Positions 1 to 11,372 of a stretch of DNA of 64,000 nucleotides are shown here, piece by piece. Made by a program: the position numbers and the translations under genes. Origin of the DNA: Camelus dromedarius (lineage: Eukaryota); contig NC_087437.1 in the NCBI RefSeq assembly GCF_036321535.1, forward strand, positions 19,594,001 to 19,658,000, read 5' to 3'. Every line of letters begins with the position of its first letter. Within the stretch, counting starts at the first letter, position 1. The notes under the pieces are model-generated. The model was not told the origin of the DNA, made no database searches, and saw only the letters and a program-made list of their open reading frames with translations.

Positions 1-276
1 TCCCTGGTGAGTACATTTGAAAAATGCTGTTGCAGTTAAATGATGACCCCTGCAGCTGCCAGAGGGCAGTTTGGTATTTCACACTATTTAGCACAAAGTT
101 TCATAAACATATTGAAGATGGCCCATGTCTAAAGGAAAATGCATGGTTAGAAATCCCGCTGGTCACTGTGGGAGTGGGAGAGAGCACAGGCCTCCTTCGT
201 GGGCGTCTGCGGGGACAGAAGCTTCCAGGGAATCTGTTTGATCACCCCTTGGTCATTTAAAGAAACTCGCCCCCTT

Positions 277-1371
277 CTAATTAAACTTAAATGTTTTTGC
301 ACAGCAAAGGAAACCGTAAATAAAACGAAAATACAACCTATGGAATGGGAGAAAATATTTGCAAACAATGAGACCAATAAGGGATTAATTTCCAAAATAC
401 ATAGCTTATGTAGTTCAATAACAAAAAAACAATCAAAAAATGGGCAGAAGAACTAAATAGGCATTTCTCTAAAGAAGACATACGATGTTGGCATACAGCT
501 GTGCCTACAGGCACATGTAAAGATGCTCAGCATTGCTAATTATTAGATAAATGCAAATCGAAACTGCAATGAGGTATTATCTCACACCAGTCAGAATGGC
601 CATCATCAAAAAGTTTACAGATAAATGCTGGAGAAGGTGTAGAGAAAAATGAAACATCCTACTCTATTGGTGGGAATGTAAATTGGTGCAGCCACTATGG
701 AAAACAGTATGGAAGTTCCTTAGAAAACTAAAAATAGAGTCACCATATGATCCAGCACTCCTGGACATATATCCAGAGAAAACTCTAACTTGAAAAGATA
801 TATGCACCCCAATGTTCATAGCAGCAGTATTTACAATAGCCAAGACATGGAAGCAACTTAAATGTCCACCAACAGATGAATGAATACAGAAGATGTGGTA
901 TATACACAATGGAATACTACTCAGCCATAAAAAAGAATGAAATAATGCCATTTGCAGCAACATGGTTGGACCTAGAGATTATCATGCTAAGTGAAGTAAG
1001 TCCAACAGAGAAAGACAAATATCATATGGTACCACTTTTATGTGGAATCTGAGAAAATGATACAAATGAACTTATTTATAAAACAGAAACAGGCTCACAG
1101 ACATAGAAAACAAACTTACAGTTACCAAAGGGGAAAGAGGGGGAGGGATAAATTAGGAGTTTGGGATTAACAGAGACACACTACTATATATATAATATAA
1201 AATAGATAAACAACAAGGACCTACTATACAGCACAGGAACTATATTCAATATCTAGTAATAAATAACCTAGAATGGAAAAGAACCTGAAAAATGATATAT
1301 ATAACTGAATCACTTTGCTGTACATCTGAAACTAATACAACATTGTAAATCAACTATATTTCAATAAAAAA
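277..1371 (+). mobile_element. LINE-1, 5'-truncated (ORF2 C-terminus + 3'UTR + A tail), cetartiodactyl-type subfamily A
   Basis: Translates to [30 protein letters not shown], and later [27 protein letters not shown] (L1 ORF2 end, ~1051). 3'UTR ends tcaataaaaaaaa. Degenerate TSD aagaaactcgccccctt (260-276) / aagaatctctcctt (1372-1385). Frameshifted, non-coding. Confidence 0.95.
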
Positions 1372-1704
1372 AAGAATCTCTCCTTAACCCACGTAAATGT
1401 GCGCACACACACACATATACCCCCAGCTCCCAGACACTACAGAGTCAGGATGCTGACTGCACTATGAAAAAGAGGGATGTCAATATGGGCTGGGGGTTCC
1501 TTTGGGTATCACCGAGGGAAATACTAGGAAGCCACGTGTTTCCTCATACGGAGGCAGAGATGGAGGAACACAGCTTCCTTCCGGGGTCTGGGCTGGAGGT
1601 GGGATTCTCCTGAGGCTCAGCTTCATCGTGGAGATCAGTGTCAGGGCACACAGTTCTGAGTTGCAGAGCCCAAGCAATGGTCAGAGCAGGAGAACAAACA
1701 CTCT

Positions 1705-2005
1705 GTGAATCATCTGCTCTAATCCTCAGGGCAACACGGTGACATAGGGGCAATGTCATCTCCCTGTGTTATGGCTGAGTGGACTGAGGCTTAGGGAAGT
1801 TAAGTAACTTTCTCCAGGTCGGGCACTGGGCTAAGGATTTGACAAGTACAATATCTTATCTGACTGACCCAGCCTATCATGCAGTTGGTGCTATTGGCTT
1901 TCCATTTGATAGAAACGGGGGCTCAGAGAGGTTAAGTAAATGACTTAGAGTCACAGAGCTAATAGTGATGGTGTGAATGGGCACACAGATGCCCTTGACT
2001 CTGGA
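1705..2005 (-). mobile_element. Two MIR SINE fragments
   Basis: MIR core motifs actgaggcttagggaagttaagtaactt and ggggctcagagaggttaagtaaatgacttagagtcacagagct. Confidence 0.75.
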
Positions 2006-2469
2006 GTTTGTACCCATGATGACTACCCCGTGGGCTCCCCGGAAAATCTGAGATGGTTGGGCCCACTCAAGTCCTGGCGCCAGCCTGCCTTCACGGAGCA
2101 GCTCTGGGGCTGCGGCCCAGCATACAGTACGGCTTCTGGGGGAGAAATGTGTTCTTATTCCTTGATGCTAGACCTCCAGATGCCTCCTCATTGCTTACAG
2201 GCACTGCCCGGGCTGTTTCTCTCTCTCTCTCAATGTAGGCCAAGTGGATGAGATGCGTCCCCTCTTGGTTGGGTGTGTTGTCCCTGCCTGGCTGGAGGAA
2301 GGCCATGCATGTCTTTGGCCTCTGGATCCCTTTGCTCAGTTGCCCTTGTCTTGTACTGGACCTGCCACAATCAATTCTCTGCAACCCCCAGCCCCTGTTC
2401 ATAGCCAGTGCCTGGAACTTTGAGGTGTCAAAAAGGTGGGTGGTGCTTTCCCAAAGAGAAGGGTGACCC

Positions 2470-2800
2470 TGCTGTTCTCATGGCCATCACCCTGGTTCAG
2501 ACCCAGTTATCTCTCCCCCAGGACTGGCTCCACGGTTTGCAGGACCCAGTGCAAAATGAAAATGCAGAGCCCCTTGTTCAACAGTGATTAAGAATTTCAA
2601 GACGGTGGCAGCAGAGCAGTAAACCAAACGCGGTCCTTCCTAAGCATGGGGACCTATGTGACTGCACAGGTCACAGGCCCACGAGGCCGGCCTTGCTCTC
2701 ACCTGGACTATGGCAACTGCCTCCAAATTGCCTTCCTGACCCTCTTCTCTTGCCTCATCTTCAACCATTCTCCACACTGCAGCCTGCAGGGGTTCTCCCT
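2470..2800 (+). mobile_element. L2 LINE fragment interrupted by MER45A
   Basis: gccatcaccctggttcagacc...ctctc|acctggactatggcaactgcctcc...cattctccacactgcagc follows the L2 consensus across the MER45A insertion. Confidence 0.7.
2519..2695 (-). mobile_element. MER45A (hAT-Tip100 non-autonomous DNA transposon), full length
   Basis: TIRs caggactggct...ggccggccttg. Internal cccagtgcaaaatgaaaatg...ccccttgttca...ttaagaatttcaagacgg matches MER45A. 8-bp TSD ctctcccc / ctctcacc. Confidence 0.9.
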
Positions 2801-2898
2801 GATGACAACCCCAGGTAAGTCGATGCACTGATTCCCAGCTGTGCAGAGTAAAGGTCTAGGCAATCATAGCAGGTGCTCCAGAACTGTTCCCTCCAGAC

Positions 2899-3150
2899 AC
2901 AGGTTTCTCAGCCTCAGCACTATTGACACGTAGGGCCAGGTAACTGTTGGTTTTAGGAGGTGGTCCTGTGCACCGTAGGCTGTTTAGCAGCATCTCAACA
3001 CCTAAATATCTAGATATTTTGCCTCTGTCTACCCGATGCCAGCAGCCCCCTCCTTGCCTTGGTATATCCATGACAATCAAAAACGCCTCCAAACACTGTT
3101 GAATGTCTTGGGGTGAAAGGAGCAAAAGCATCCCCAGCGAGAACCACCTG
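2899..3150 (-). mobile_element. MER20 (hAT-Charlie)
   Basis: ggtttctcagcctcagcactattgaca...gtttagcagcatc...gagaaccacctg. 8-bp TSD ctccagac / ctctaggc fits the Charlie NTCTAGAN target preference. Confidence 0.9.
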
Positions 3151-3267
3151 CTCTAGGCCCAGAGGTGCTGAGTTGGGGCAGAGCTCATGGGGTGCCTGGG
3201 CAGCAGGTGAGGAGGGAACCAGAGACTACTTAGCCCCAGAGGTCACCATTCAGACTGGATCTGGCTC

Positions 3268-3269
<2 letters not shown>

Positions 3270-3312
<43 letters not shown>
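3270..3312. repeat. (TG)n microsatellite, ~21 units
   Basis: Perfect dinucleotide run read directly. Confidence 0.98.
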
Positions 3313-3313
<1 letters not shown>

Positions 3314-3599
3314 GAGGGGGCATGATTGTCCCCAATGACCTCTCTCCCTCTTTCCTGATACCTAAACATCCAGGTAAACATCAGATCTGAGCCACTAAAA
3401 CTTTTTTAAAAAATCCATCTCAACTTTCAGCTTAAATCATTCTTTGGGTGTTGGAAAGGATTTTAGAAATTTCCTAGATGAGGCCAATCCCCTGGATCGT
3501 AGATGAGGAAACCGAGTCCCCGGGGGGCACAGTGGACATCTGATGCTTTTGCTGGCCTGGGCCCTACTCCTCTTTTATAAAGTGGTAATGCTGTGATTT

Positions 3600-4015
3600 T
3601 AGCCCTCAGGTCATGTGGTGAGCCTTGAGCTGACCCTCCCTTCCTGCCTTGGGGGTTATCACATGACCCCAAGCTGGCTAATCAGAATTTGTCCTGGAAT
3701 TTGTGCTGAGACTCGCTGGAAGAAGAGGGCCCTCTTTTCTTCCAGGGCTGCTGGACTGGTAGGAAGGAAGTCAGGGGTTCTGGGGGCACCCTTGTCCGGG
3801 GAGTCCAAGGGACGGTGATGGCTGCATGGAGGAGTATGGCCGTGGAATGCAGAGCCAGGTCCTGTAGGCCTGGGTTGAGCTCCTGAGTCCAGTCAGGTCT
3901 GGTCTGCAGGCAGACGTACCGCTGGATTTCGCAGTGCTGGGAGACCGTGGAGTCCCTTTTGTGCTTCAGCCAGTTTGAGTTGGGTTCCTGACACTGGTGT
4001 CCAAGTGGCTGGTAA
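3600..4015 (+). mobile_element. Ancient ERVL/MaLR LTR (LTR16/LTR33/MLT1-like)
   Basis: cacatgacc...ggctaatcag near the 5' side and the typical 3' end gcttcagccagtttgagttgggttcctgacact. Confidence 0.6.
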
Positions 4016-5139
4016 CGCGCGGGGTTGCGAGCACACCGGAGGCCCATGATCACGTCTCCCCCGACTCCAAGCACAGGGCTTATTAAGATGCTGCTGCTGA
4101 AGCTCATACAAAAGCTCTGAAGGGGCTGATTTTGTGAGTGATGGCCCTGGAAATCAGCCCCCGCTCCTGGCAAGGGTCACAATGAGATACACACTCTGGT
4201 GGCACATCCGCACCACGGCCACTGTGACGTTTCTCTACTACTCATTAATGCATTCGTAGGGAACATCTACCCAGAGACACAGCAAGGAGCAGGTCTCATA
4301 AATCTTTTAAACTGACATGAAAAAAAGGCTTTGAGTGTTCCAAATCCAGGGTAGAAAGGGTCGCTTCTCTGTTTCAAAAATATTTATCTTTTAAGCATCT
4401 TCAGGCCCAGAGTTCATCAAGTGAATCTTCCTTTTAGCCATTAAAGGGAGCTGTTAAAAGCAGCCAGAATGAAGCTCTCTTTCTCTTTCATTTGCTACCC
4501 CACGGCGCCAGCTCCCACAATGGGCTCCCTTTCCGGAGAGCCCAGACCGCTCTGGCCAGCACACTGGGTTCTGCATACTCTTGTCTGGTCCCAGAGCAGC
4601 TCCCAGCCAGTGGGAGAGCCAAAGCGTAAACAGGAAATTGAAATACGGGGGACAGAGTGCACTGCAGCGGGGAGCATGGGGGTTGTGTGAGCACACTGGT
4701 GGGGTGCCCAGTCCAGCTTGGGGATCGAGAAAGGCTTCCTGGCACAGGTGGCAGCTTACTCGAGTCTTGGAGGATGATGGAGATTAGGTAGCTGGAAAAG
4801 GAGGCGGGGCATTCTGGGCAAAATAAACAACTATGTGTCAGGTGGGGGTGGGAAAAGAGAGCTTTGTTTATTTGGCCCCTTACCCCAAATTCCCCATGTA
4901 AAACACCGCTGGAGCCCAGTGAAATCTGTATCTTTGACATGGAGTTGGGCAAGCAGGGTCCATAGCCTCAGGTCCTGGTCAGAAATAGCAGGGCACAGCC
5001 TGAGAACAAACCTGATGGGGGTGAGTGTGCAGGCGAAACGGACAGGTGACAGCTGGCGATGCAAGCGAATGGCAGGTGAGTCATTTGTTACCACTGTCAG
5101 CCCGCATTTGTCACTGTTCACTCTGCGCCAGGCTCTGGC

Positions 5140-6110
5140 CAGGTCCTGAGGACACAGGGACCCTGCCTTTGAGGAATTCACAGACCAGATGAGGGAATGG
5201 AAGAGGCTGGTACCGTGTGATGAGGTCTCTGGAGATGCTGACAGCACGTGATGATAACTCTGTCTCTGGTAGAGACAGCACGAGGGGTTTGAGAGTCCCA
5301 GAGAGCAGCCTAATCTGCCTGAAGAAGTCCCAGAAGGCTTCCTGGATGAGGTGGCATCTACGTGGAGTCCTGAAAGACAAATAGAAGTTATTAGTTAAAG
5401 AAGAGTATGCAGAGGGAGACTGACCAGGTGGAAGGGGAACGGAGAGTGAAATCCTGGAAAGGAGAGAAAGATCCTTCCTTCAGGAAACTGAAATCAGCTT
5501 AGTACAGCCAGAGGGCAGGGTTCTAGGGGAAAAGGGGAGGTGGCGAGATGTGCACCTCAGGAGTACACTGGCACAGATCGTGAGGGACAACGTGAGGCAG
5601 AAGTGGGGAGAAGGATGAGGATTGTTATGCAGGCAGCATCAGCAGGACAAGGTGTGGGGAGAGGGGGAGAGGGAGAACTGAGCCAGAGTTCTGTGCGTGG
5701 TAATCAGGAGGGGGACATAGGAGGAGCGGGTTTGGGGAAAAGCTGGTGAATTCCTTTTACCATATTGAGCTGCGAAGCCTGCAGGATATCCCACGGTGGT
5801 AGCTGGAACTGTGGGCTCGAAGATCCACCTGGTAACTAGGGTGTACAGACTGGTGTGTGGGTTATCAGCAGGCAGTGGAGGTTAAAGCTGTGGGGTCAGC
5901 TATGCCCACAGAGGGTAGAGGATAGGGGAGGGGTCTTGGACAAGAGCACCACTGGACTGGAAGTGGATCCCTGGGCACTAGCAAGAGTCAAGGACTGGCC
6001 AAAGAGGACCAACAGAGAGAAGGAGAGAGAGGAAAGGAACCAGGAGCAGGGGGACAGAGGGCCAAGGAGGGCATGGTCTCCAGTGTCCACAACCTCAGAG
6101 AAAGGGGTGG
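5140..6110 (-). mobile_element. L2 LINE fragment(s)
   Basis: ccctgcctttgaggaattcacag, gaaggcttcctggatgaggtggcatct and ttttaccatattgagct are L2 antisense signatures. Confidence 0.7.
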
Positions 6111-6534
6111 TGGGGATGGGTTAGGTAGCACACTTCTGCTCGGCAGACAGGCTGGCACTTGGAGTCTAGAGGGTAGGTAGAGGGGACTTGGATCATAGCT
6201 TGGGGCTTGGTCTTAGCAGGGATCCCAGTTCTAGAATACGTGCAAAGATAGATGATTAGCTGATTTGGAGCTGAGTCGCTGTATGACCTAGTGGGGGGAG
6301 ATGGAATTTTTCGGGGGGAGTCATTGCTTTTTCACTCCTCTCCTGGTTCTTCTGTCCCACATCATGGTATCCAGACAGGGTATCCAGGCTCTCCCTATCC
6401 TTCATTCATTCACCGGGTTCTGTACTTCATTCATTCATTGCTTAGAGAGGGCTGAGAACAGTGCCTGGCACAGAGTGAGAGCTCAGTAAATGTTAGCTTT
6501 TTAAAAAAAATTATTTGTCATTTTTTGAGTTGTT

Positions 6535-7110
6535 GATTGGGGCAGACTACCCCAAGGTGACCTCCAATGAGTCATGTCCTGGAGAAACACCCCCCCCCAC
6601 CCACCTTGTGCAGGTGGAATCTGTCTTTCCAGCAGAATATGGCAAAACTGATGGAACGTCTCTTGCTCGATTAGGTTACAGTGCACAGCACGTGCGTTGG
6701 GATATGCACCCCCGGTCACGTTATGTTATGTGAGACTCCTTTTTAGCCAACTAGAGAGAGAAAGAAACTCTCTTAAACTCTCTTGCCAGCTGTGAAGGTG
6801 GGCTCTGCTATGATGGTAGCTCTCTAACATGGCAGGGACATGCGAGCAGCCTCTAGGAGCTGAGAACCTCAGTCCTACAAGCGCAGGAACTGAATTCTGC
6901 ACAACCACGTGAGCTTGGTAGAGAACGCAGCTCCAGAGGGGAGCACAGCCTGGCTGATGGCCCGATTTCAGGCTTGTGAGACCCTGAGCAGAGGTTCCTT
7001 TGCAGCTGTGCCCAGATTCCCAAGCCACAGAAACCAAGAGGTAATACATGCGTGTTGCTTTAAGTTGCTCAAGCTGTAGTAATTTGTTCATGCAGCAATA
7101 GCAACTAATG
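6535..7110 (+). mobile_element. MLT1E/F-type MaLR solo LTR
   Basis: agaatatggcaaa, gcagcctctaggagctgaga, ggaactgaattctgc, ttgtgagaccctgagcagagg, and 3' end gtaatttgttcatgcagcaatagcaactaat. Confidence 0.85.
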
Positions 7111-8733
7111 GGTTGATATTTGTGTTTGTGACAAGTGTTTACTAAGCAAACGCCAGCTGGCACAGTGTTAGGCACCGTGTTGGGGAGTAGACACATAAGA
7201 TGTAGTTCTTCTCTTCAAAGGCTCCCAGTGGGTTCCTGAAACAGCAGGTTCCCAAAGCAATAGTTTGCTGGTCGACAGGGGACGAGAGGAAGAGGGAGGA
7301 CTTCTAGGCCAAGGGAACAGCTCGTGGCAAGCACCACAGCCCTGAAGGGGCTGAAGCATCCCGGTGGGTGAGAGCTGCTGTGGAGGAAACGTGGCACCTG
7401 GAGTAGGCTGAGTGGCCAGCACATCTCCTGCGGCCGTGAGTCACACCAGAGGTGCTGCGGAAGCGCTCTGGATACAGGAATGACCACGGGGAGTGGATGT
7501 GGGTGGAGGGCAGGCACCCTGGCTTTGCTGTTGGTGCAAGGCCAGCACAGCCCTGATGTGCTTTTCCTGGCATGTGAGCCGTCATCCCGGCAGACTCCCT
7601 GGAGCCCACTGGGCAGGAGGCAGCCTGGTCAGCGTGAGGCTGAAATACCAGATGTCAGGTTCCCAGAGCAGGGGCGAATGGTACTCCCTCCCAGAGCTGT
7701 GGCTCCAGACCAGGCATTCTGGGGTTTCAGACCTTCCTCGATTACTGGAGAAAATGCTTTTGCTTTGTGCCACATAGAGGAGGGAGGAGATAATTCAAAG
7801 CAACCCAGAGGAGATGATGCTGACTCCTCACTCCAGCAGCAGAGATGCCATCAGAACTCTCCCTGTCTCTCCCACCAGCTATCCAGGAATGCAGAAGCCA
7901 GACAAGGGTTTCTAGGCGGATACACAGTCTAACTTCTGAACTCAGCTATTTATTCTCTACCCGGAGCCTCCCTCCTTGGAAGAAACACTGACGCTGTGTC
8001 TCAAATGCACCACCCTCGGATTTCACCTACAAGGAACCGTCTTACTTCTTCTCAGGACAGGGCTGGAACTAGGGCAGGGCCTCACGCTGGGCGTTTGACT
8101 GGAAAGAGGTGAGTGTGGGCTCTGCACCTGGATCAGATGCCTTTCTCCCGCCTCTCTGGGCAGGCAGCTGCGCCTGGTGGTGTCTCGAGGATCAGCCACC
8201 CCTGAAATGCATGCAGGAAGGTCTGGGAGGAAGACCGTGGTCTTGCCAACCCTGAGACGGATAGACAGTTGCTATTTTCGTTTGGAGGTCTCAGGGCTGG
8301 GAGACTGGCGTCACCTCCAGTCTCAGAGTGAGTCTTGGGAATCACACGCTCGGTGGCAGCTGTGTTGCTGTAGATGTGACAGTAAATATCCAGAAAACTG
8401 AGTGCTTTCTGGTCCTCAATTTAAGAAGTCATTTGCTGGATGGTGCTAACTAAGAACAGTCATTAAACTTGAAAAAGCACTCTTCTGCCTCACTCCTTAA
8501 TTAAATGGGAGAGAGAAACAAAAACCTGGCTTTGGGAAGCCCCAGGCTCCGAGTGGAGCTGTCCCAGAGGGAGGAGATGCAGACGTGGTCTGGCTGCTGT
8601 TTCTCTTACACGCGTGGCCGGGCTGGGCATGGGGAGGGGGTAAGCATGTGCATTCAGAGACCTGCATCCTGCGTTATCAAAAGGCTGAGGCAGGATGGGA
8701 ATGGGGCAGTCAGGAAAGGCAAGAAGATGTAAC

Positions 8734-9085
8734 TGATAAGCACTGAATTGTGTTCCCTCAAAATTCATGCTGAGGCCCTAAACCCCAATGTGACTGCACA
8801 TGGAGATGAGGCCTTTGAGGAGGTAATTCAGGTAAAGTGAGTTCATAAATGTGGGCCCCTAATCCCCTGGGACTGGTGTCCTTGTAATAAGAGGAAGAGA
8901 CACCAGGGTGTGCGCACTTGGAGGAAAGACCTTGCGAGGATACAGAGAAGACGTTCACCTGCAAGCCCTGGAGAGAGGCCTCAGGAGACACCAAACCTGC
9001 CGATGCCTTGATCATGGATTTCCAGCCTCCAGAACAGTGAGAATATAGATTCCTGCTGTTGGAGCACCCAGCTGGAGCTGTCTGA
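8734..9085 (+). mobile_element. MLT1A/B-type MaLR solo LTR
   Basis: ctgaattgtgttccctcaaaattcat...gggactggtgtccttgtaataagaggaagagacacc...gagaggcctcaggagacaccaaacctgccgatgccttgatcatggatttccagcctccagaac. Confidence 0.9.
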
Positions 9086-10061
9086 TGGAGGGGCCTCCAT
9101 TCCCTGAGATCAGAGCAGGTAGAGGGGCAGGAGGGCAACGTTTAGAGGGTCAGACAGGCCCCTGTGGAGGGTCACTCCACCGAGAGGAGGGTATTAAGGA
9201 CTTAGGTACTAGGCATGGAGCTTTGCTGTGATGGACACAGACTTTCAGGGCTCTGGTTTGCTTGAGGCATTTCTCTCTCTCTCTCTCTCTCTGGCTTTCC
9301 CTCACCTGCTAAGTCCTCTTTTCTGTTTGGCTGGTGGGTCAGGGGAGCCCAGAGTCCCCTCGGCTTGGGAGGATGCACCTGTCTTTGCCTCCCAGTGAAA
9401 AGCCATGGAGGAACCAACTCACGTGTGACTCATGCAGGGGTCAAGGGGCACATGGCTTAGGCCAGTGGCCCTGACTAAGGGGGCAATAAGAAAGCCCTGC
9501 AGGTCAATACTGGGCCGTGAGCCTAGGGAAAGGGGCCCTGGGAGCTGCTGGGGCTGCTTTGTGTCAGATCAGTTTAGGTGGGTCTCCAACCCCAGCAAGA
9601 GGAATCTTCCTGCTCGGTGGGGCTGCCCACATAGGGCTTGGGGCGGGGCCTGGAGGGATGGTGTGATTGGGCTGGGACAGCCCCTCTGCCCAATCTCGGT
9701 GACCTTTAGAAGAGGTGGGCAGCTGGGGCGGGCCCAGGCTAGGGTCCTAGCCACGGCTCTTTCTTTCTAACACAGAGCTGGACTCAGGAGTCTGGGGGTG
9801 TTCAAACACTCTGTTGGGCTTCCAGGAGCCTTGTCAGGTCCAGCGGTGTTTGCTCCACCGCTGAAGCACTGATCAAGAAGATGCTGCCCATCTGCCTCAG
9901 CAGAAGCTTCCTGAAAGCGACCAGTCCCCCAGCAGGAGGGTACCCCTGGCCTGAGCGTCTGAACTGGACTCCCCAACACTCCCGGGTCCCCTGCTCCTCC
10001 TTTCCGGACCCCAGGTGTAGCTGCGGCTGGCCTTCCTAAGACTGGCCCTCTCACTTCTGTC

Positions 10062-11372
10062 TGGTAGGTTCCATTGCTTTGTCTTCCAGTTTGTTGATTT
10101 GTTCTTTTATCTCATCCAATCTACTGTGGAACCCATCTAGTGTGTTTTTGGGTTCTGTTATAACTTCTGTTTGTTATTTTCTTATATTTTCCATCTCTTT
10201 GTTGAACTTCTCACTGTGTCCCAAATTTGGTGAGAATTTTTATAACCATGATTTTGAACTCTTTATCAGGTAGATTGCTTATCTCTGTTGTATTTAGTTC
10301 TTTTTCTGAGATTCTGTCTTATTCTTTTATTTGGGACATATTCTATGTCTCCCCATTTTGCCTTATTCTCTGTGTTTGTTTCTATGTATGAGTTAAATCA
10401 ACTACCTCTCTGTCTTGAAGGAGTGGTCTAGGTAGAAGATGCCCTGTGGGGCTCAGAAGCACAGTCCTTCCTGGCCACTGGAGCCAGGCACTCAAGGGGT
10501 GTCCACTGTGTAGACTGCACATACATTCTTATTGTGTTGGGGCCTTGGCTGTTGCTGTGATTTGCTGGTGTGGTGTGCTGGTGGGCAAGGCTGGCTCCCA
10601 GAACAGCTGCTGGCCCTCATCATGGCTGCTGTGAGGTGTTGGGGGGTGGGGTTATCACCTGTCCAAGTGTGAGTCCCAGTGGATGCACAGGGGTGAATGG
10701 GGCCCTTGGCAGGACGTGCCCACTGATGCTAACAGGTACAGAGAGATTTCCAAAATGATGCCCACCAGCATTTCCATTAGCACGGTAGCCTGAGATTGCA
10801 AAAATGGCTTCCACCAGTGTCTCAGTCCCCAGAGAGAGTCCTAACTGGTTTCTACCTCTCTGGAAGACACTTCGAGATTAGTAGGTGGGTCCCCTTCTAT
10901 GTCTATTAGCCTTTCAATCTGGAGGTTTTGCAGTGTTTTATGAGTTGAGTGAGTCTGCACACAAGCCCTTTAAGAGTAGGTCTTTGGTTTCCTACAGTTC
11001 TATAGTTATTTTGGATGTATTTCCCATTGGTTTCTAAAGCCAAGTGTTGTGGGGCTTGCCTCTCCTGTGCAGGATCTGAGGATTGGGTGCCTGGTGTGGA
11101 GGCATCTCTCACTCATCATTGAAAAGATCCATATCTTTGTGCTCCTTCTGGATTGTGGATCTCCATGCTTGGGGCATGGTTTTTTTCCTTGACGAGTCTG
11201 TATCTCTGTGTCTTCGACCTGTCTTGATGCTGTCCTTCTACCCTTTGTTATGGAAACTCTTTTCATCCAGTTTTCAAAGGTATTTATTCCATATGCAGCT
11301 GTAGGTTTGTTTTGCCCATGGGTGGAGGTGAGTTCAGGATCTTCCTGTACCGCCATTTTGAACCCTCCCTCC
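10062..11372 (-). mobile_element. LINE-1 5' portion: 5'UTR with YY1 site plus start of ORF1, 3'-truncated
   Basis: Minus strand begins ggagggagggttcaaaatggcggtacaggaagatcctgaactcacctc. ORF1 ATG at ~10356. Decayed ORF1p coiled-coil peptide ...LPDKEFKIMVIK...NTLDGFHSRLDEIKEQINKLEDKAME. Confidence 0.85.

Noticed and set aside
199..963. ORFs 199-456 (+) and 664-963 (-) as genes
   Set aside because: The first is a fragment of a frameshifted L1 ORF2. The second is an antisense L1 frame.
8302..8325. Hairpin gagactgg-cgtcacct-ccagtctc
   Set aside because: An 8-bp stem is expected by chance in 64 kb, and there is no supporting context.
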